From assembly GCA_038087875.1 (NCBI GenBank), contig CM075995.1, positions 8,434,001-8,498,000 on the forward strand: 64,000 nt of DNA, in the 5' to 3' direction. The notes beneath the pieces were generated by a model. It was not told the DNA's origin, made no database searches, and saw only the letters and a program-made list of their open reading frames with translations. This DNA is from Malacoraja senta (taxonomy: Eukaryota). Each line of letters opens with the position of its first letter. Within the stretch, counting starts at the first letter, position 1. Shown piece after piece: positions 25,331-37,745 of this stretch. Made by a program: the position numbers and the translations under genes.

Positions 25331-25960
25331 AATACAATACAATACAATACAATACCATTTATTGTCATTTGAACCTCAAATGAAGTTGAAACGAAATTTG
25401 GTTTCTGCAGTCAAACAAAACAAAACAGTTCCTACACGACACACAAACAATTCAATCCACAGAAAAACATCCATCACAGTGAATATCCTCCTCACTGTGA
25501 TGGAAGGCAAAGTCTTTTCTCTCCCCTGCACCATTTTTCTCCCGATGTTGAAGCCCCAGGCGGGCAACGTTAAGTCCCACGGCCGTTGAGGCCGCGCCGG
25601 GCGGTGTACGGCCTCGCTCCGGGCCCAAAAGTCACCAAGTTGGAGCCCCCGGCGGGCGCTGGAATGTCCCCGCGGCCATTAAGCCGCGCCGGGCGATTTA
25701 CGGCACCGCTCCGGGTCGTTCCAACCCCGCGACACGGGCGGGAGAAGTTGCGTTGCGGGAGCTCCGGAAAGCGGTCTCTCACCCGGACCCGCGAGCTCCC
25801 GATGTCACAGTCAACAGGTCTGCAGCTGGAGCTGGAACTCCGGAGTCGGGCCGCAGCAGCGAGCCACCACCGCTCCCCACGCTCCGAGGACGGCCAGCCC
25901 CACGATGGTAAGTCCGCAGTTCCCCCCGCCCCCCCCACATATACACAATTAAAAAACAGC
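25331..25960 (-). mobile_element. GC-rich non-autonomous retroposon with a (TATTG)n tail, inserted in a CR1 fragment
   Basis: The CR1 sequence breaks at ...cttcttaa and resumes at cttaaaagctgtgatagtccc; the insert ends in AATAAA plus a pentamer tail on the minus strand. Confidence 0.65.
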
Positions 25961-26299
25961 TTAAAAGCTGTGATAGTCCCTGCCTCAACTACCTCCTCCG
26001 GCAACTTGTTCCATACACCCACCCTTCTTTGCATGAAAAGTTACCCCTCTGGTTCCTATTAAATCTTTCACCCCTTCACCTTAAACCTGTGTCCTCTGGT
26101 CCTCGATTCCCTACTCTGGGCAAGAGACTCTGTGCATCTACCCGATCCATTCATCTCTTGATTTTTGTACACCTCGATAAGATCACCCGTCATCCTCCTG
26201 CACTCCAGTGAATAGAGTCCCAGCCTGCTCAACCTCTGCCTATAGCTCAGGCCCTCTAGTCCTGGAAACATCCTTGTCGCTGAAATCTTGAGCTAAACA

Positions 26300-26991
26300 C
26301 ACAGAGTGCTGGAGTAAGTCAGCGGGTCAGGCAGCATCTGTGGAGAACATGGATAGGTGACGTTCACAGAGTGCTGGAGTAACTCAGCGGGTCAGGCAGC
26401 ATCTGTGGAGACATGGATAGGTGACGTTTCACAGAGTGCTGGAGTAACTCAGCGGGTCAGGCAGCATCTGTGGAGACCATGGATAGGTGACGTTCACAGA
26501 GTGCTGGAGTAACTCAGCGGGTCAGGCAGCATCTGTGGAGAACATGGATAGGTGACGTTTCACAGAGTTCTGGAGTAACTCAGCGGGTCAGGCAGCATCT
26601 GTGGAGAACATGGATAGGTGACGTTTCACAGAGTGCTGGAGTAACTCAGCGGGGTCAGGCAGCATCTGTGGAGAACATGGATAGGTGACGTTTCACAGAG
26701 TGCTGGAGTAACTCAGCGGGTCAGGCAGCATCTGTGGAGAACATGGATAGGTGACGTTTCACAGAGTGCTGGAGTAACTCAGCGGGTCAGGCAGCATCTG
26801 TGGAGAACATGGATAGGTGACGTTTCACAGAGTGCTGGAGTAACTCAGCGGGTCAGGCAGCATCTGTGGAGAACATGGATAGAGACGTTTCCACAGAGTG
26901 CCGGAGTAACTCAGCGGGTCAGGCAGCATCTGTGGAGAACATGGATAGGTGACGTTTCACAGAGTGCTGGAGTAACTCAGCGGGTCAGGCA
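26300..26991 (+). repeat. 66-bp tandem minisatellite (about 10.5 copies) derived from the Penelope pseudo-LTR arm
   Basis: Unit cacagagtgctggagtaactcagcgggtcaggcagcatctgtggagaacatggataggtgacgttt. Confidence 0.97.
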
Positions 26992-29569
26992 AGCATGTCC
27001 TCCAGAGATGCTGCCTGACCCAATGAGTTACTTCGGCAGGTTTTGTCATTTGTTTGGGTCCAGTTTGTACAACACCATAATTTATTTAACCTCTTCCTCC
27101 TGCACAGGCCAGCATTGCAACGTGTGGATCTGTGCATAAACCCTCAATGGGACATTCGCGGATGGAGGAATCTCTGTTGACATTTCAGATCCTGGCGCAA
27201 ATCCAATATCAATTTTCAAAAGCTCCAAGTCTCAACCCGAAACGTCACCCATTCCTTCTCTCCAGAGATGCTGCCTGTCCCGCTGAGTTACTCCAGCATT
27301 TTGTGTCTGCCCAAGTCACAGAAAAATGGTTGAAGAACCATTTAAATAAATCACATGGTAGACAAAAACGCTGAGAAACTCAGCGGATGAGGCAGCATCT
27401 ATGGAGCGAAGGAAATAGGCAACGTTTTGGGCCGAAACCCTTCTTCAGACTATAAATTACATTTTACTTGGGGGAAAAAAAAGTAACTGCCTGACCGGCG
27501 GAGTTACCCAGCACTTTGTGTCTATCTTTGGTTTAAACCAGCGTCTGCAGTTTCCCTTCCTACACACTGTGGTCAACCTCTTATGCACCGGTTGCAAAGC
27601 CTCCACATCCTTCCTGTAACGGGTCGACCAGCACTGCACGCAACACTCCAAATGCCGCCTACCCCACAGTTTTCATGTAGAGCTGCAAAAATGATGTTTT
27701 AATCGTCCTGAAAGCAAAGCATCTGCCCAATCAAATTTTAAAAAACCAAAATCCTTCAGGAATTGTTTCAATGACATTTTCTAAAATGCTGCACCTGATC
27801 TGAGGAAAGACATTCTTGCCATAGAGCGAGTACAGAGAAGGTTCACCAGACTGATTCCTGGGATGGCAGGATTTTCATATGAAGAAAGACTGGATAGACT
27901 TGGCTTGTACTCGCTAGAATTTAGAGATTGAGGGGGATCTTATAGAAACTTACAAATTCTTAAGGGGTTGGTCAGGCTAGATGCAGGAAGATTGTTCCCG
28001 ATGTTGGGGAAGTCCAGAACAAGGGGTCACAGTTTAAGGATAAGGGGGAAGTCTTTTAGGACCGAGATGAGAAGGCAGGTACAGGATCTGAGTTGAATGA
28101 TCAGCCATGATCATATTGAATGGCGGTGCAGGCTCGAAGGGCCGAATGGCCTACTCCTGCACCTATTTTCTATGTTTCTATGTTTCTATAAAGAGACCAC
28201 GTCAAAATAGTGGCCTGTTCAGTGTGCTGTACTGACCTGGGCGATGGTGCTTATGAACGGGAATGGTTTTGCTGAGATATATGCAAAAGATGCACCTCGC
28301 TTGTACCTTGGTACATGGCGTGGGGGGAACTCCCGTGAGGGGGGGGGGGGGAAGAGAAGCGTGGGGGTGCAGCAAAGGAGGACCAAGTCAGTGGATATAT
28401 TCAAGGCAGAGATAATAATAATAATAATAAAATAAATACTTTATTGATCCCCTCAGGGAAATTCAGATGTCCAGAAGCCCAACAACCAACAAACCCACAC
28501 ATTCAGAATGAAAGCAGACAAAACCAGAAGACTGTGTCCCCAGAACCAGGGGCCGCAGTCTTTGAATAAAGGGGAGGCAATTTAAGACTGAGGTGAGAAA
28601 AAACTTATTCTCCCAGAGAGTTGTGAATTTGTGGAATTCCCTGCCACAGAGGGCAGTGGAGGCCAAGTCACTGGATGGATTTAAGAGAGAGTTAGATAGA
28701 GCTCTCGGGGCTGGTGGAATCAAGGGATATGGGGAGAAGGCAGGCACGGGTTATTGATTGGGGACGATCAGCCATGATCACGAATTGCGGTGCTGGCTCG
28801 AAGGGCTGAATGGCCTCCTCCTGCACTTATTTTCTATGTTTCTATGTTTCTAAAAAATACATAAATTACAATATGGACAATACCTGAACGCAATAAATAC
28901 TTAAAAAGACCCAATAATTAACTATTAAAAATGCAAAGCATCCCCATACAGCCTAGCGGTCAGTATTATAAAATCTAATGGCTGCAGGGGTGAAGGATCT
29001 CCTCAACCGCTCTGTTCTCCAGCGCAGGGAGAGGAGATTCTTGATAAGTACGGGTGTCAGAGGTTATGGGGAGAAGGCAGGAGAATGGGGTTAGGAAGGA
29101 AGAGATAGATCAGCCGCGATTGAGTGGCGGAGTAGACTTGATGGGCCGAATGGCCCAATTCTACTCCTATTCCTTATGACCCGTCATGGGTAACCCTGTC
29201 GGCGCCCTTTATGTGGCTCCTCTTTACATACCTTGGGTACGTACAACAAAGAATATCACTGTGACCCCTCACTTGAGACAATAAAGAGGTGGGAAGATTG
29301 CAACCTTCACGTGGTCCGCCCTGTTCCAACGAATGCAATCAACCTGACGTGCACAATCAAATAAGATCAAATAGAACAAGTTGTCCTACAACTTTAGGCT
29401 GTGCGCGCCGTACGCAAGAAGAAGAAGACAATAAAGACTTCATTCATTTAAGCTATTGAACCGTTGAGCAAAGGTTTCATTAAAAAAGCATGAGGATATT
29501 TAATAGCTATAATTAAATATTAATTTAATAGCTAAAAAATAAACAATATCATCCATTTGAAAGACTTAC

Positions 29570-29677
29570 CACGTGGGCATTGAATTTATCAAGTAAATTT
29601 TCCAAGAACTTTTTTGAGGATAAAAGAGATGCTTTGTTCAATTGCTCCTGTCTCAAGTCATAGTCATCGTGCATGGG
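29570..29677 (-). CDS. DNAJC13: DNAJC13 coding exon
   Basis: [36 protein letters not shown]; ttcag| and |GTAAG; 108 bp. Confidence 0.97.
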
Positions 29678-30483
29678 CTGAAAGGAAAACAAATGTACAT
29701 CCTGCGTCAATATAGTCATCGGGTGATACAGTGTGGAAACAGGCCCTTCGGCCCAACTTGCCCACACCGCCCAACAATGTCCCAGCTACACTAGTCCCAC
29801 CTGCCCGCGTTTGGCCCATATCCCTCCAAACCTGTCCTATCCATGTACCTGTCTAACTTCCAATTTCCGGTAGCCCTTGCTGTCTCCTCCCCTTCTCAGC
29901 TCTCCTTCAGCCCTCGGGCTCCTCCTCTTCCTTTTTCCTTTCTTCTCCCCCCCCCCACCATACATCAGTCTGAAGAACGGCTTCGGCCCGAAACGTTGCC
30001 TATTTCCTTCGCTCCATAGATGCTGCTGCACCCGCTGAGTTTCTCCAGCACTTTTGTCTACCTGTCTAACTGTTTCTTAAAGGATGGGATAGTCCCTGCC
30101 TCAACTACCTACAGCTCGTTCCATACACCCACCACCCTCTGTGTCACCCCTCAAGTTCCTATTAAATCTCCCCCCCCCCCCCCCACCCCCCGCCACATCT
30201 TAAATCCAATTCTTCAAATCGACAAAGATATTATATCAATTAAATTTCCAGGATTCTTTGCACATGTGGAATATCTTTCATGGAAAACTAAACATGCGTG
30301 ATTCAAAGTGGCAAGACTCATCGAAGAGGTACTTCAATTCACAATTTAAAATAGTGGTGCATTCATTGAAATGGTTTGAAAAGTGCAGCATGAAAACAGG
30401 CCCTTCGGCCCACCTAGTCCATGCCCATAATCGACCACCCATTCACACTAGTTCCATGTTATCCCTCTTTCACATCTACTCCC

Positions 30484-30689
30484 TGTAGATTGATGATGCA
30501 TGTGAATCAATCACACTTAGCTAGCATCACTAACTCCACCCCATTATAACATTTATACTAACGCCCATTCCCAGCACCGTTAGTTGAAGCAGCCAGGATG
30601 AACTGACAACACCTCGCTCTGTAATGCTGCCAAGTTAATGTGCTGATTAAAGATGTGTGTAAATCTTATATGCTTTGAAGTGATTTACA
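30484..30689 (+). repeat. 5' LTR of the Gypsy element
   Basis: TGTAG...TTACA, with 5 substitutions versus the 3' LTR by eye. Contains ATTAAA. Confidence 0.97.
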
Positions 30690-30738
30690 TGGTGTCAGAA
30701 GTGGGATTCGAACCCACGCCTCCAATCGGAGACCAGAA
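30690..30738 (-). other. Extended primer-binding site: 3' half of tRNA-Leu(CAA) including CCA (not a tRNA gene)
   Basis: Minus strand reads TTCTGGTCTCCGATTGGAGGCGTGGGTTCGAATCCCACTTCTGACACCA: anticodon-stem 3' strand, long variable arm, T-arm, acceptor strand and CCA of vertebrate tRNA-Leu-CAA. Confidence 0.92.
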
Positions 30739-30740
30739 TT

Positions 30741-32037
30741 GTCTTTGATGCCGATATCAGCGAACGCTGGGCCACGTTTGAAATTGATTACCAGCACTAC
30801 ATGAACATTGTACACTGAAATGAACCAGATGCTGTTAAGGCCTCTCTCCTGCTCAATCTTGCAGGACCTGGTGCCCTTCGTCGATCCAGAACATTACGTT
30901 ATGCTCCGGCTATCCGTGATGCCAATGACCAGGTAATTACACCGGCGGAGTCTCCCACTGACCCTAATGTTTTGCTGCGTAAACTGGCTCAGATCTGTGA
31001 CCTGCCCTCAAATCACATTTTGGACAGGGCAAGGTTTTTCTCTCGTCGTCAACTTCGTCAACGGGGAACGAGTGAACTCATTTATTTATTCTTTAATGTA
31101 TCTAGCCCAACGTAGTCGATTTCAGGAAATGCCAGTGGATCAGTTGACTGATCAGTTAACGAGGGATATTTTAGTGAATGGTATCACCGATCAAAAGCTC
31201 AGATCAGAGCTCTTGAGACGGCCAGAGTTATCGCTAGATGACGCGGCGCATGCATGCAGAACGGCTGAACTTATTGATTCTATAGACATTCCGCATGAAA
31301 GCAATACCATCAATCTGACGGGCCTCACTAGGCAGCGGACATACACAGATAACAGCCGATCTAAGATCCAAGCTAGCCAGGCAGCTCTCAGCGTTCCTCC
31401 ACAGAAATGTCCTAACTGCGGCTATCTACACAACAGGCAATCCACCTGCCCCGCCCTCGGGAAGGCTTGTAATTACTGCAAAAAGCTAAATCACTTTGCC
31501 TCAGCCTGTCGGGCTGCTATCAGGGCCCGAGGAAAGAATGCGCCCAGTCCCAAGTCTAATCTCAATTTTTTGCAACGAGACAGCAACATACTGACTCCCC
31601 ATTTCCAGCTCGAAGCCGCCCCCGAATATATTCCATTTGACTCGCAAGACGACCCTACTGTTTACATGTTACAGCATGCTGCTGCCAAGAACTCTGATCC
31701 TACAGTGACGATATCTGTAAACAATGTTGCTTTTGGCGCGAAACTGGATACGGGGGCGAAAGTCAACACAATGTCAATCAACCTTTTTAACAGGATCAGG
31801 GCTAACGAGCCACTTGTCAAGGACGCGTCCACTTTACATGCTTTTGGTGGGGAGGTGCTAGTTCCTCTGGGCAAAACCAACTTGAAATGTGTACTGAAGA
31901 AAACAACTAGGGAATTGACTTTCCATGTGTTGGACTTTAATTCGGTTACCCTGCTTGGCAATCGTGCCTGTCAGGAACTAGGGCTGATTCCTTTGATAAA
32001 ACTGTCCACAAACTGCAAGTTTCCTTTCATCCACTGA
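30741..32037 (+). pseudogene. Gypsy gag plus aspartic protease (disrupted)
   Basis: VFDADISERW...LLLNLAGP with TGA at 30816-30818 and a frameshift near 31050. Zinc knuckles CPNCGYLH...C and CNYCKKLNHFASAC; protease motif LDTGA. Confidence 0.92.
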
Positions 32038-32075
32038 ATGACTTCCCTGGTCTTTTCGACAACAACCTAGGCAAG

Positions 32076-34862
32076 TTGCCTGTGTCCTACAAGATTACTA
32101 TTGACCCCGATGTGACACCCGTAATTCGAGCCCCGCACAGATTGTCATTTGCCATGACTGACAGGGTTCACTCTATGCTGAAGGACATGGTCTCCAAAGG
32201 CGTAATTGAAGCAGTCAGTGACCCCGCCGACTGGGTCTCAACCATGATTGCCACAGTCAAGAAGGGAAAGGATGAAATCCGCCTGTGCATTAATCCAAAA
32301 GACCTGAACACTGCCATTAAGCGCCCGCACCATCCCATGAAGACAGTAGAGGATGTTGCAGCAAAGATCGGAACGGCCACCCTATTTTCCGTCCTAGATG
32401 CAAAGAACTCATTCTGGCAGATACCGCTGGACAAGAGGTCATCAAACCTCACCACATTTGCCACCCCATTCGGCAGATTTAAGTTTCTGAGAATGCCATT
32501 CGGGATCAACTCTGCCAGCGAAGTCTTCCAAAGAACTATGGAGCAACTATTCGAGGGTCTGCCTTGTGCCATTATTGTCGATGATATTCTTGTCTATGGC
32601 AAGGACGCGGTGGAACACAACCACAATCTCAGGCTCATTTTGGAGCGTGCTGTCAAGATCAACCTCAAGCTCAATCCTGACAAGTGCAAGTTCAGGGTTC
32701 CAGTGGTCTCCTATGTCGGCCACATCTTCACCCCTGACGGCCTCAAACCGGATCCGAAGAAGACTTCTGCCATCACAGAAATGCCTGCACCCACTGACGT
32801 GAAAGGCCTACGTTTCCTGGGCATGGTAAACTATCTCGGAAAGTTCATACCTAACCTCAGCGAATTAAGCTCCACATTGCGGCAGCTGACAAAAAAGGAC
32901 ACTGCATGGTCATGGTTCCAGCAACATCAGGATGCCTTCGATGTTCTGAAATCAAAACTGACCAGTGCACCGACCCTGACTTTTTTCGACCTGAAACGTC
33001 CGGTGGTGATCACCTGCGATGCCTCGAAATTCGGGCTTGGCGCAGCCTGCCTGCAACCGTCTGATGATGGCACCCTACTACCTGTCGCGTATGCCTCTCG
33101 CACCATGACCGACACGGAGCAGCTCTACGCGCAAATCGAAAAGGAACTGCTGGCGGTCGTCTTTGCCTGCTCCAAATTCCACGACTTCGTCTATGGCAAC
33201 ACGTTCATGGTTGAGACGGACCACCAACCACTGGTGACAATCTTGAACAAGCCTATCCACGCCGCCCCAGCTCGTTTGCAGCGCATGATGATGCAGCTGC
33301 AGCGGTACGACTTCTCTATTACCTACAAAAAGGGCAAGGACATGCATGTTGCTGACACACTCTCTCGTGCCCCTCGAACATCTTGCGAACAACACCCACA
33401 CGAACGGGAGAATTTCACGGTTCTCGGTGTCGGTCTAATCTCCAGCAAGCAACTGCGCACCCTGGCCGCGCACACTGCTAAGGATGATACGCTTCAAGCC
33501 CTCTCGTCCATCATCAAGACAGGCTGGCCAGACAAACAATCCAACACGCCCACAGAGGTGCAGCCGCACTTCTTGGTCCGCGATGAACTGGTGGTTCAGG
33601 ATGGTGTGGTCGTCAAGGGCCACAAGGTAGTTGTACCTGCATCGCTACAAGACGAATACTTCAAAGAGGTACACAGCGGTCACCCAGGAGCCGACTCCAC
33701 ACTGGCACGCGCCCGGGATCTGTTCTACTGGCCTGGAATGGCCACGTACATCCGGGACCGCGTAGCCTCCTGCCCCACTTGCAACAATCTTGCGCCTCAT
33801 CAGCAGCGGCAACCCCTTCTGCAACAACCTCCACCAGCATTGTCTTGGTCGTCGCTGGCTGCGGACATTTTCGAATGGTGCGGTAAGCACTACCTCGTTC
33901 TGGTCGACTCGTACTCCAACTGGTTTGAACTTGACCAACTTACCTCCCTCACGTCGGTGATGGTCATCAGGAAGCTGAAAAGACATTTCTCAGACCATGG
34001 CATTCCTGTTATTCTGAGAACCGACAATGGTCCACAGTTCACCAGCCACTTGTTCAAGCTTTTCGCTGACCGATGGAACTTCCAGCACGTCACAAGCAGT
34101 CCCGAGTATCCACAGAGTAATGGACTCGCTGAACGCGCTGTCAGAAGCGCCAAGCACTTGCTGGAGGGAGCGCGCATTTCAAAGTCTGACGTTTATCTCG
34201 ATCTACTGAATCTCAGAAACATCGCAAGAGACGGCATCTTGGGGTCACCAGCACAGCGGCTGCTGTCAAGGGCGACAAGGTCTCCGGTCCCCATCGCACA
34301 ACAGCAGCTGGTTCCTCGGGTGTTGAAGCCCGCCACTATCCAGCAACGTCTCCAAGAGAAGCACGATACCCAGAAACGGTCATACGACAGCTCCAGCAGA
34401 CCACTCCAGCCCCTACTGCCGGGCCAGGTCGTCCGTACGAACTCCAACTGGTCATTCTCGTCTGGGCGTTGTTGTGCGCCCGACTTGATGAGCCGCGATC
34501 GTACCTTGTGGACTGTGAGGGAGCGGTTTACCGGAGAAGTCGACAACACCTGCTTGCTGTGAAGGAGCCCCGACCGCCGCCTGCCGATCCATATGCTCCG
34601 CCGCTCCAGTTCCAGCCGCCTTCCGCAATGTCTCCCGCCCGTCCCCGCATGCCTGGCACTCCCCCCACGTCTATCGGTCTCCAATAACCACGGGGTTTCA
34701 CCCACCGCATGTTTCCCCCCTCGGTCACCACAATCCTCTCCCGTGCGATTTTCACCTTCAGCCTCTCCGCCTAATCCTTCAGTTGAGGGAGGGGATGGTT
34801 GGGTCCGCACGCGTTCGGGCCGTGTTAGTAGACCACCAGACAGGTATGGCGAGTATGTTTAA
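32076..34862 (+). pseudogene. Gypsy pol (RT, RNase H, integrase), frameshifted near 34435
   Basis: RMPFGINSASEVFQ, IVDDILV, CDASKFGLGA, YAQIEKELLAVVFAC, TDHQPL, integrase H-H-C-C and TDNGPQF...SNGLAERAV; C-terminal TRSGRVSRPPDRY. Confidence 0.96.
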
Positions 34863-34900
34863 TATGCTTCCTCTCCACATTTAATCTTTAGGGGGAAGGA

Positions 34901-35106
34901 TGTAGATTGATGATGGATGTGAATCAATCACACTTAGCCAGCATCACTAACTCCACCCCATTATAACATTTATACTAACGCCCATTCCCAGCACCATTAG
35001 TTGAAGCAGCTAGGATGAACTGACAACACCTCGCTCTTTAATGCTGCCAAGTTAATGTGCTGATTAAAGATGTGTGTAAATCTTATATGCTTTGAAGTGA
35101 TTTACA
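34901..35106 (+). repeat. 3' LTR of the Gypsy element
   Basis: Direct repeat of 30484-30689, preceded by the polypurine tract and followed by the CTCCC TSD. Confidence 0.97.
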
Positions 35107-36136
35107 CTCCCTACCTACGATGAGGCGATTAACAGAGGCCAACTAACTGACCTACAAACTTGTACGCCTTTGGATGGAGGGAGGAAACTGGAGCAAAGGG
35201 TGGTGGGTGTATGGAACGAGCTGCCAGAGGAGGTGGTTGAGGCCGGGACTAACCCAACGATTGAGAAACAGTTACACATGGATAGGACAAGTTTGGAGGG
35301 ATATGGACCAAGCGCAGGCAGGTGGGACTAGCACGGCCGCTAGGACATGTTGGGCCGAAGGGCCTGTTTCCACATTGTAAGACGCGATGACTCGGAGAAA
35401 AGCTGGACACAGGGAGAACGTGCCAACTCCACACAGACAGGCAGAGGTTGTCCCTAGTATGAAGGATAGTGCTTGTCTACGGGGCGAAGAGGCAGTGGGC
35501 CAAAGGGCCTGTTTCCACGCTGTATCTCTAAACTAAAATTGATTGTAATCATTTACGGAGATAATTTACAGCAAAAAGAGAACTTCACTTTACCTCAGTA
35601 CATGTGACAACAAAGAATAATGGAACATTAGAAAATAGTCTGTGACTGCTGGGGTTACCAAGGCATTTTTATCGGGAGTTATTAAACGCACATAAATACA
35701 CTAATATTAAAGAACGGTGATTTAAAACTCCATACATTATTTGTTGCGTGTGCAGCATGACGGGTGTCAAGGGTTATGGGGAGAAGGCAGGAGAATGGGA
35801 TTAGGAAGCAGAGATAGATCAGCCATGTGTAAGAAAGAACTGCAGACGCTGGTTTAAATCAAAGGTAGAGACAAAATGCTGGGGTAACAGCATTTCTGGA
35901 GAGAAGGAATGGGCGACGTTTCGGGTCGAGGGTTTTTTTCAGACAGAAGGATTTCGACCATAAACGTCGCACATTCCTTCTCTCCAGAGATGTTGCCTCA
36001 CCCGCTGAGTTACCCCTGTATTTTGTGTCTACCAGAGATCAGCCATGATTGAATGGCGGGAGTCGATGGGTCGAATGGCCTGATTCTACTCCTATAACTT
36101 TTATAAGGCATTCAATAGAATATACCCCACACTTAC

Positions 36137-36236
36137 ACACATCAGTGCACATAACATGTCAATGGCGGCATGTGTAACACCATCGTGGTTTCTTTTCAAA
36201 GCTTTCACCGTCTTCACTCCCAACCTTTCGCGAAAC
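36137..36236 (-). CDS. DNAJC13: DNAJC13 coding exon
   Basis: [33 protein letters not shown]; ccag|G and |GTAAG; 100 bp. Confidence 0.96.
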
Positions 36237-36342
36237 CTGGATGTGTAAAACAGGGAGATGGGATTAATACCGAGGAATACCACCATTCCCAGCGGAATAT
36301 TACACTGTAGGTCAAACACCAAGTACGACGTTTGAGGTGTTT

Positions 36343-36569
36343 CACAGAGTGCTGGAGTAACTCAGCGGGTCAGGCAGCATCTCTGGAGAACATGGATAGG
36401 TGACGTTTCACAGAGTGCTGGAGTAACTCAGCGGGTCAGGCAGCATCTGTGGAGAACGTGGATAGGTGACGTTTCACAGAGTGCTGGAGAAACTCAGCGG
36501 GTCAGGCAGCATCTGTGGGGAACGTGGATAGGTGACGTTTCACAGAGTGCTGGAGTAACTCAGCGGGTC
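36343..36569 (+). repeat. Same 66-bp minisatellite (about 3.5 copies)
   Basis: Units start at 36343, 36409, 36475 and 36541. Confidence 0.95.
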
Positions 36570-36645
36570 GGCACGGACTCAGTGGGCTGAAGGTCCTGTT
36601 TCCGCGCTGTATCTCTAAAGTAAGTAAATGGAAGGGTTTTCTTAC

Positions 36646-36815
36646 TTGGGAAGTTTGGTGAAAGCTTGAAATCCAGCCTTTGAAGCAACGAGCCGTCGTA
36701 CAGCCTGAAACTGACTCTCCAGTTCGGCGCTATTAGCGCTCTGCTCCCCTTCCTGAGAGAGCAACGCTGAGATGGCATTATTAATCAGTTTCTCCTTGTT
36801 CTCAGAGAAAAGACC
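36646..36815 (-). CDS. DNAJC13: DNAJC13 coding exon
   Basis: [57 protein letters not shown]; acag| and |GTAAG; 170 bp. Confidence 0.96.
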
Positions 36816-37582
36816 CTGTCAAAAAACAAAAATCCATCCAATGCTCACCACCTCACACAAAACAACGACAGGACGCGCACGGCAGGAATGAGTGGGTTAA
36901 CATCTGATGAGCGTTTGACGGCACTGAGCCTGTACTCGCTGGATTTTAGAAGGATGAGGTGGGGGGGGACCTCATTGAAACTTACCGAATAGTGAAAGGC
37001 CTGGATAGAGTGGATGCGGAGAGGATGTTTCCACTAGTGGGAGAGTCTAAGACCAACGGGTCTAAGAGGGCACAGTCTCAGAATTAAAGGGCGTGCCTTT
37101 AAAAAGACGAGGAGGAATTTCTTTAGTCAGAGGGTGGTGAATCAGCGGAATTATTTGCCACAGACGACTGTGGGGGCCAAGTCAGTGGATATATTGAAGG
37201 CGGAGGGGGGGGGGGGGGGGGTGGTTATTGGTTTGGTATAAATTGTCCTCAGTGTGTGTAGGATAGCGTTAGTGTGCGGGGATCGCTGGTCGGTGCGGAC
37301 TCGGTGGGACGAAGGGCCTGTTTCCGCCCCGTATCTCTAAACTAAACTAAACTAAAGACGGCTGTGGAGGCCACAAGTCGATGGATATTTTTTTACTGCA
37401 GAGATAGATAGATTCTTGATTAGTACGGGAGTCAGGGGTTATGGGGAGAAGGCAGGAGAATGGGGTTCGGAGAGAGAGACAGATCAGCCGCGATTGAAAT
37501 GGCAGAGTAGACTTGATGGGCCGAATGGCCTATTTCTGCTCTTATCACTTAGGAACATGGACTTTATAAAATAAATCCTTAC

Positions 37583-37662
37583 ATCCTGTGTCACAGCGTG
37601 CAGAACTCCACTGTATGAGACGTTTGCATTGAACCTGAAAACGGCATCTGCAAAGTTACCAT
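37583..37662 (-). CDS. DNAJC13: DNAJC13 coding exon
   Basis: (N)[26 protein letters not shown]; ttcag| and |GTAAG; 80 bp. Confidence 0.96.
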
Positions 37663-37745
37663 CTGAAATACAAAATTAAAATTTAGAACCATGCAATTTT
37701 TTCCATCAACTGCATTATTGAAAAGTAACTTTCAACTGTTGGTGC

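Larger units (their letters stand above)
30484..35106 (+). mobile_element. Full-length, decayed Ty3/Gypsy LTR retrotransposon
   Basis: Two 206-bp TG...CA LTRs (30484-30689, 34901-35106), CTCCC target-site duplication on both sides, tRNA-Leu PBS at 30690, PPT AGGGGGAAGGA at 34890-34900, and gag-PR-RT-RH-IN domain order. Confidence 0.98.

Noticed and set aside
26300..26991. CRISPR-like array
   Set aside because: The units are contiguous and near-identical with no unique spacers, there are no cas genes, and the context is vertebrate.
30690..30738. Functional tRNA-Leu gene
   Set aside because: Only the 3' half is present, CCA is encoded, and it sits at the PBS position of an LTR element.
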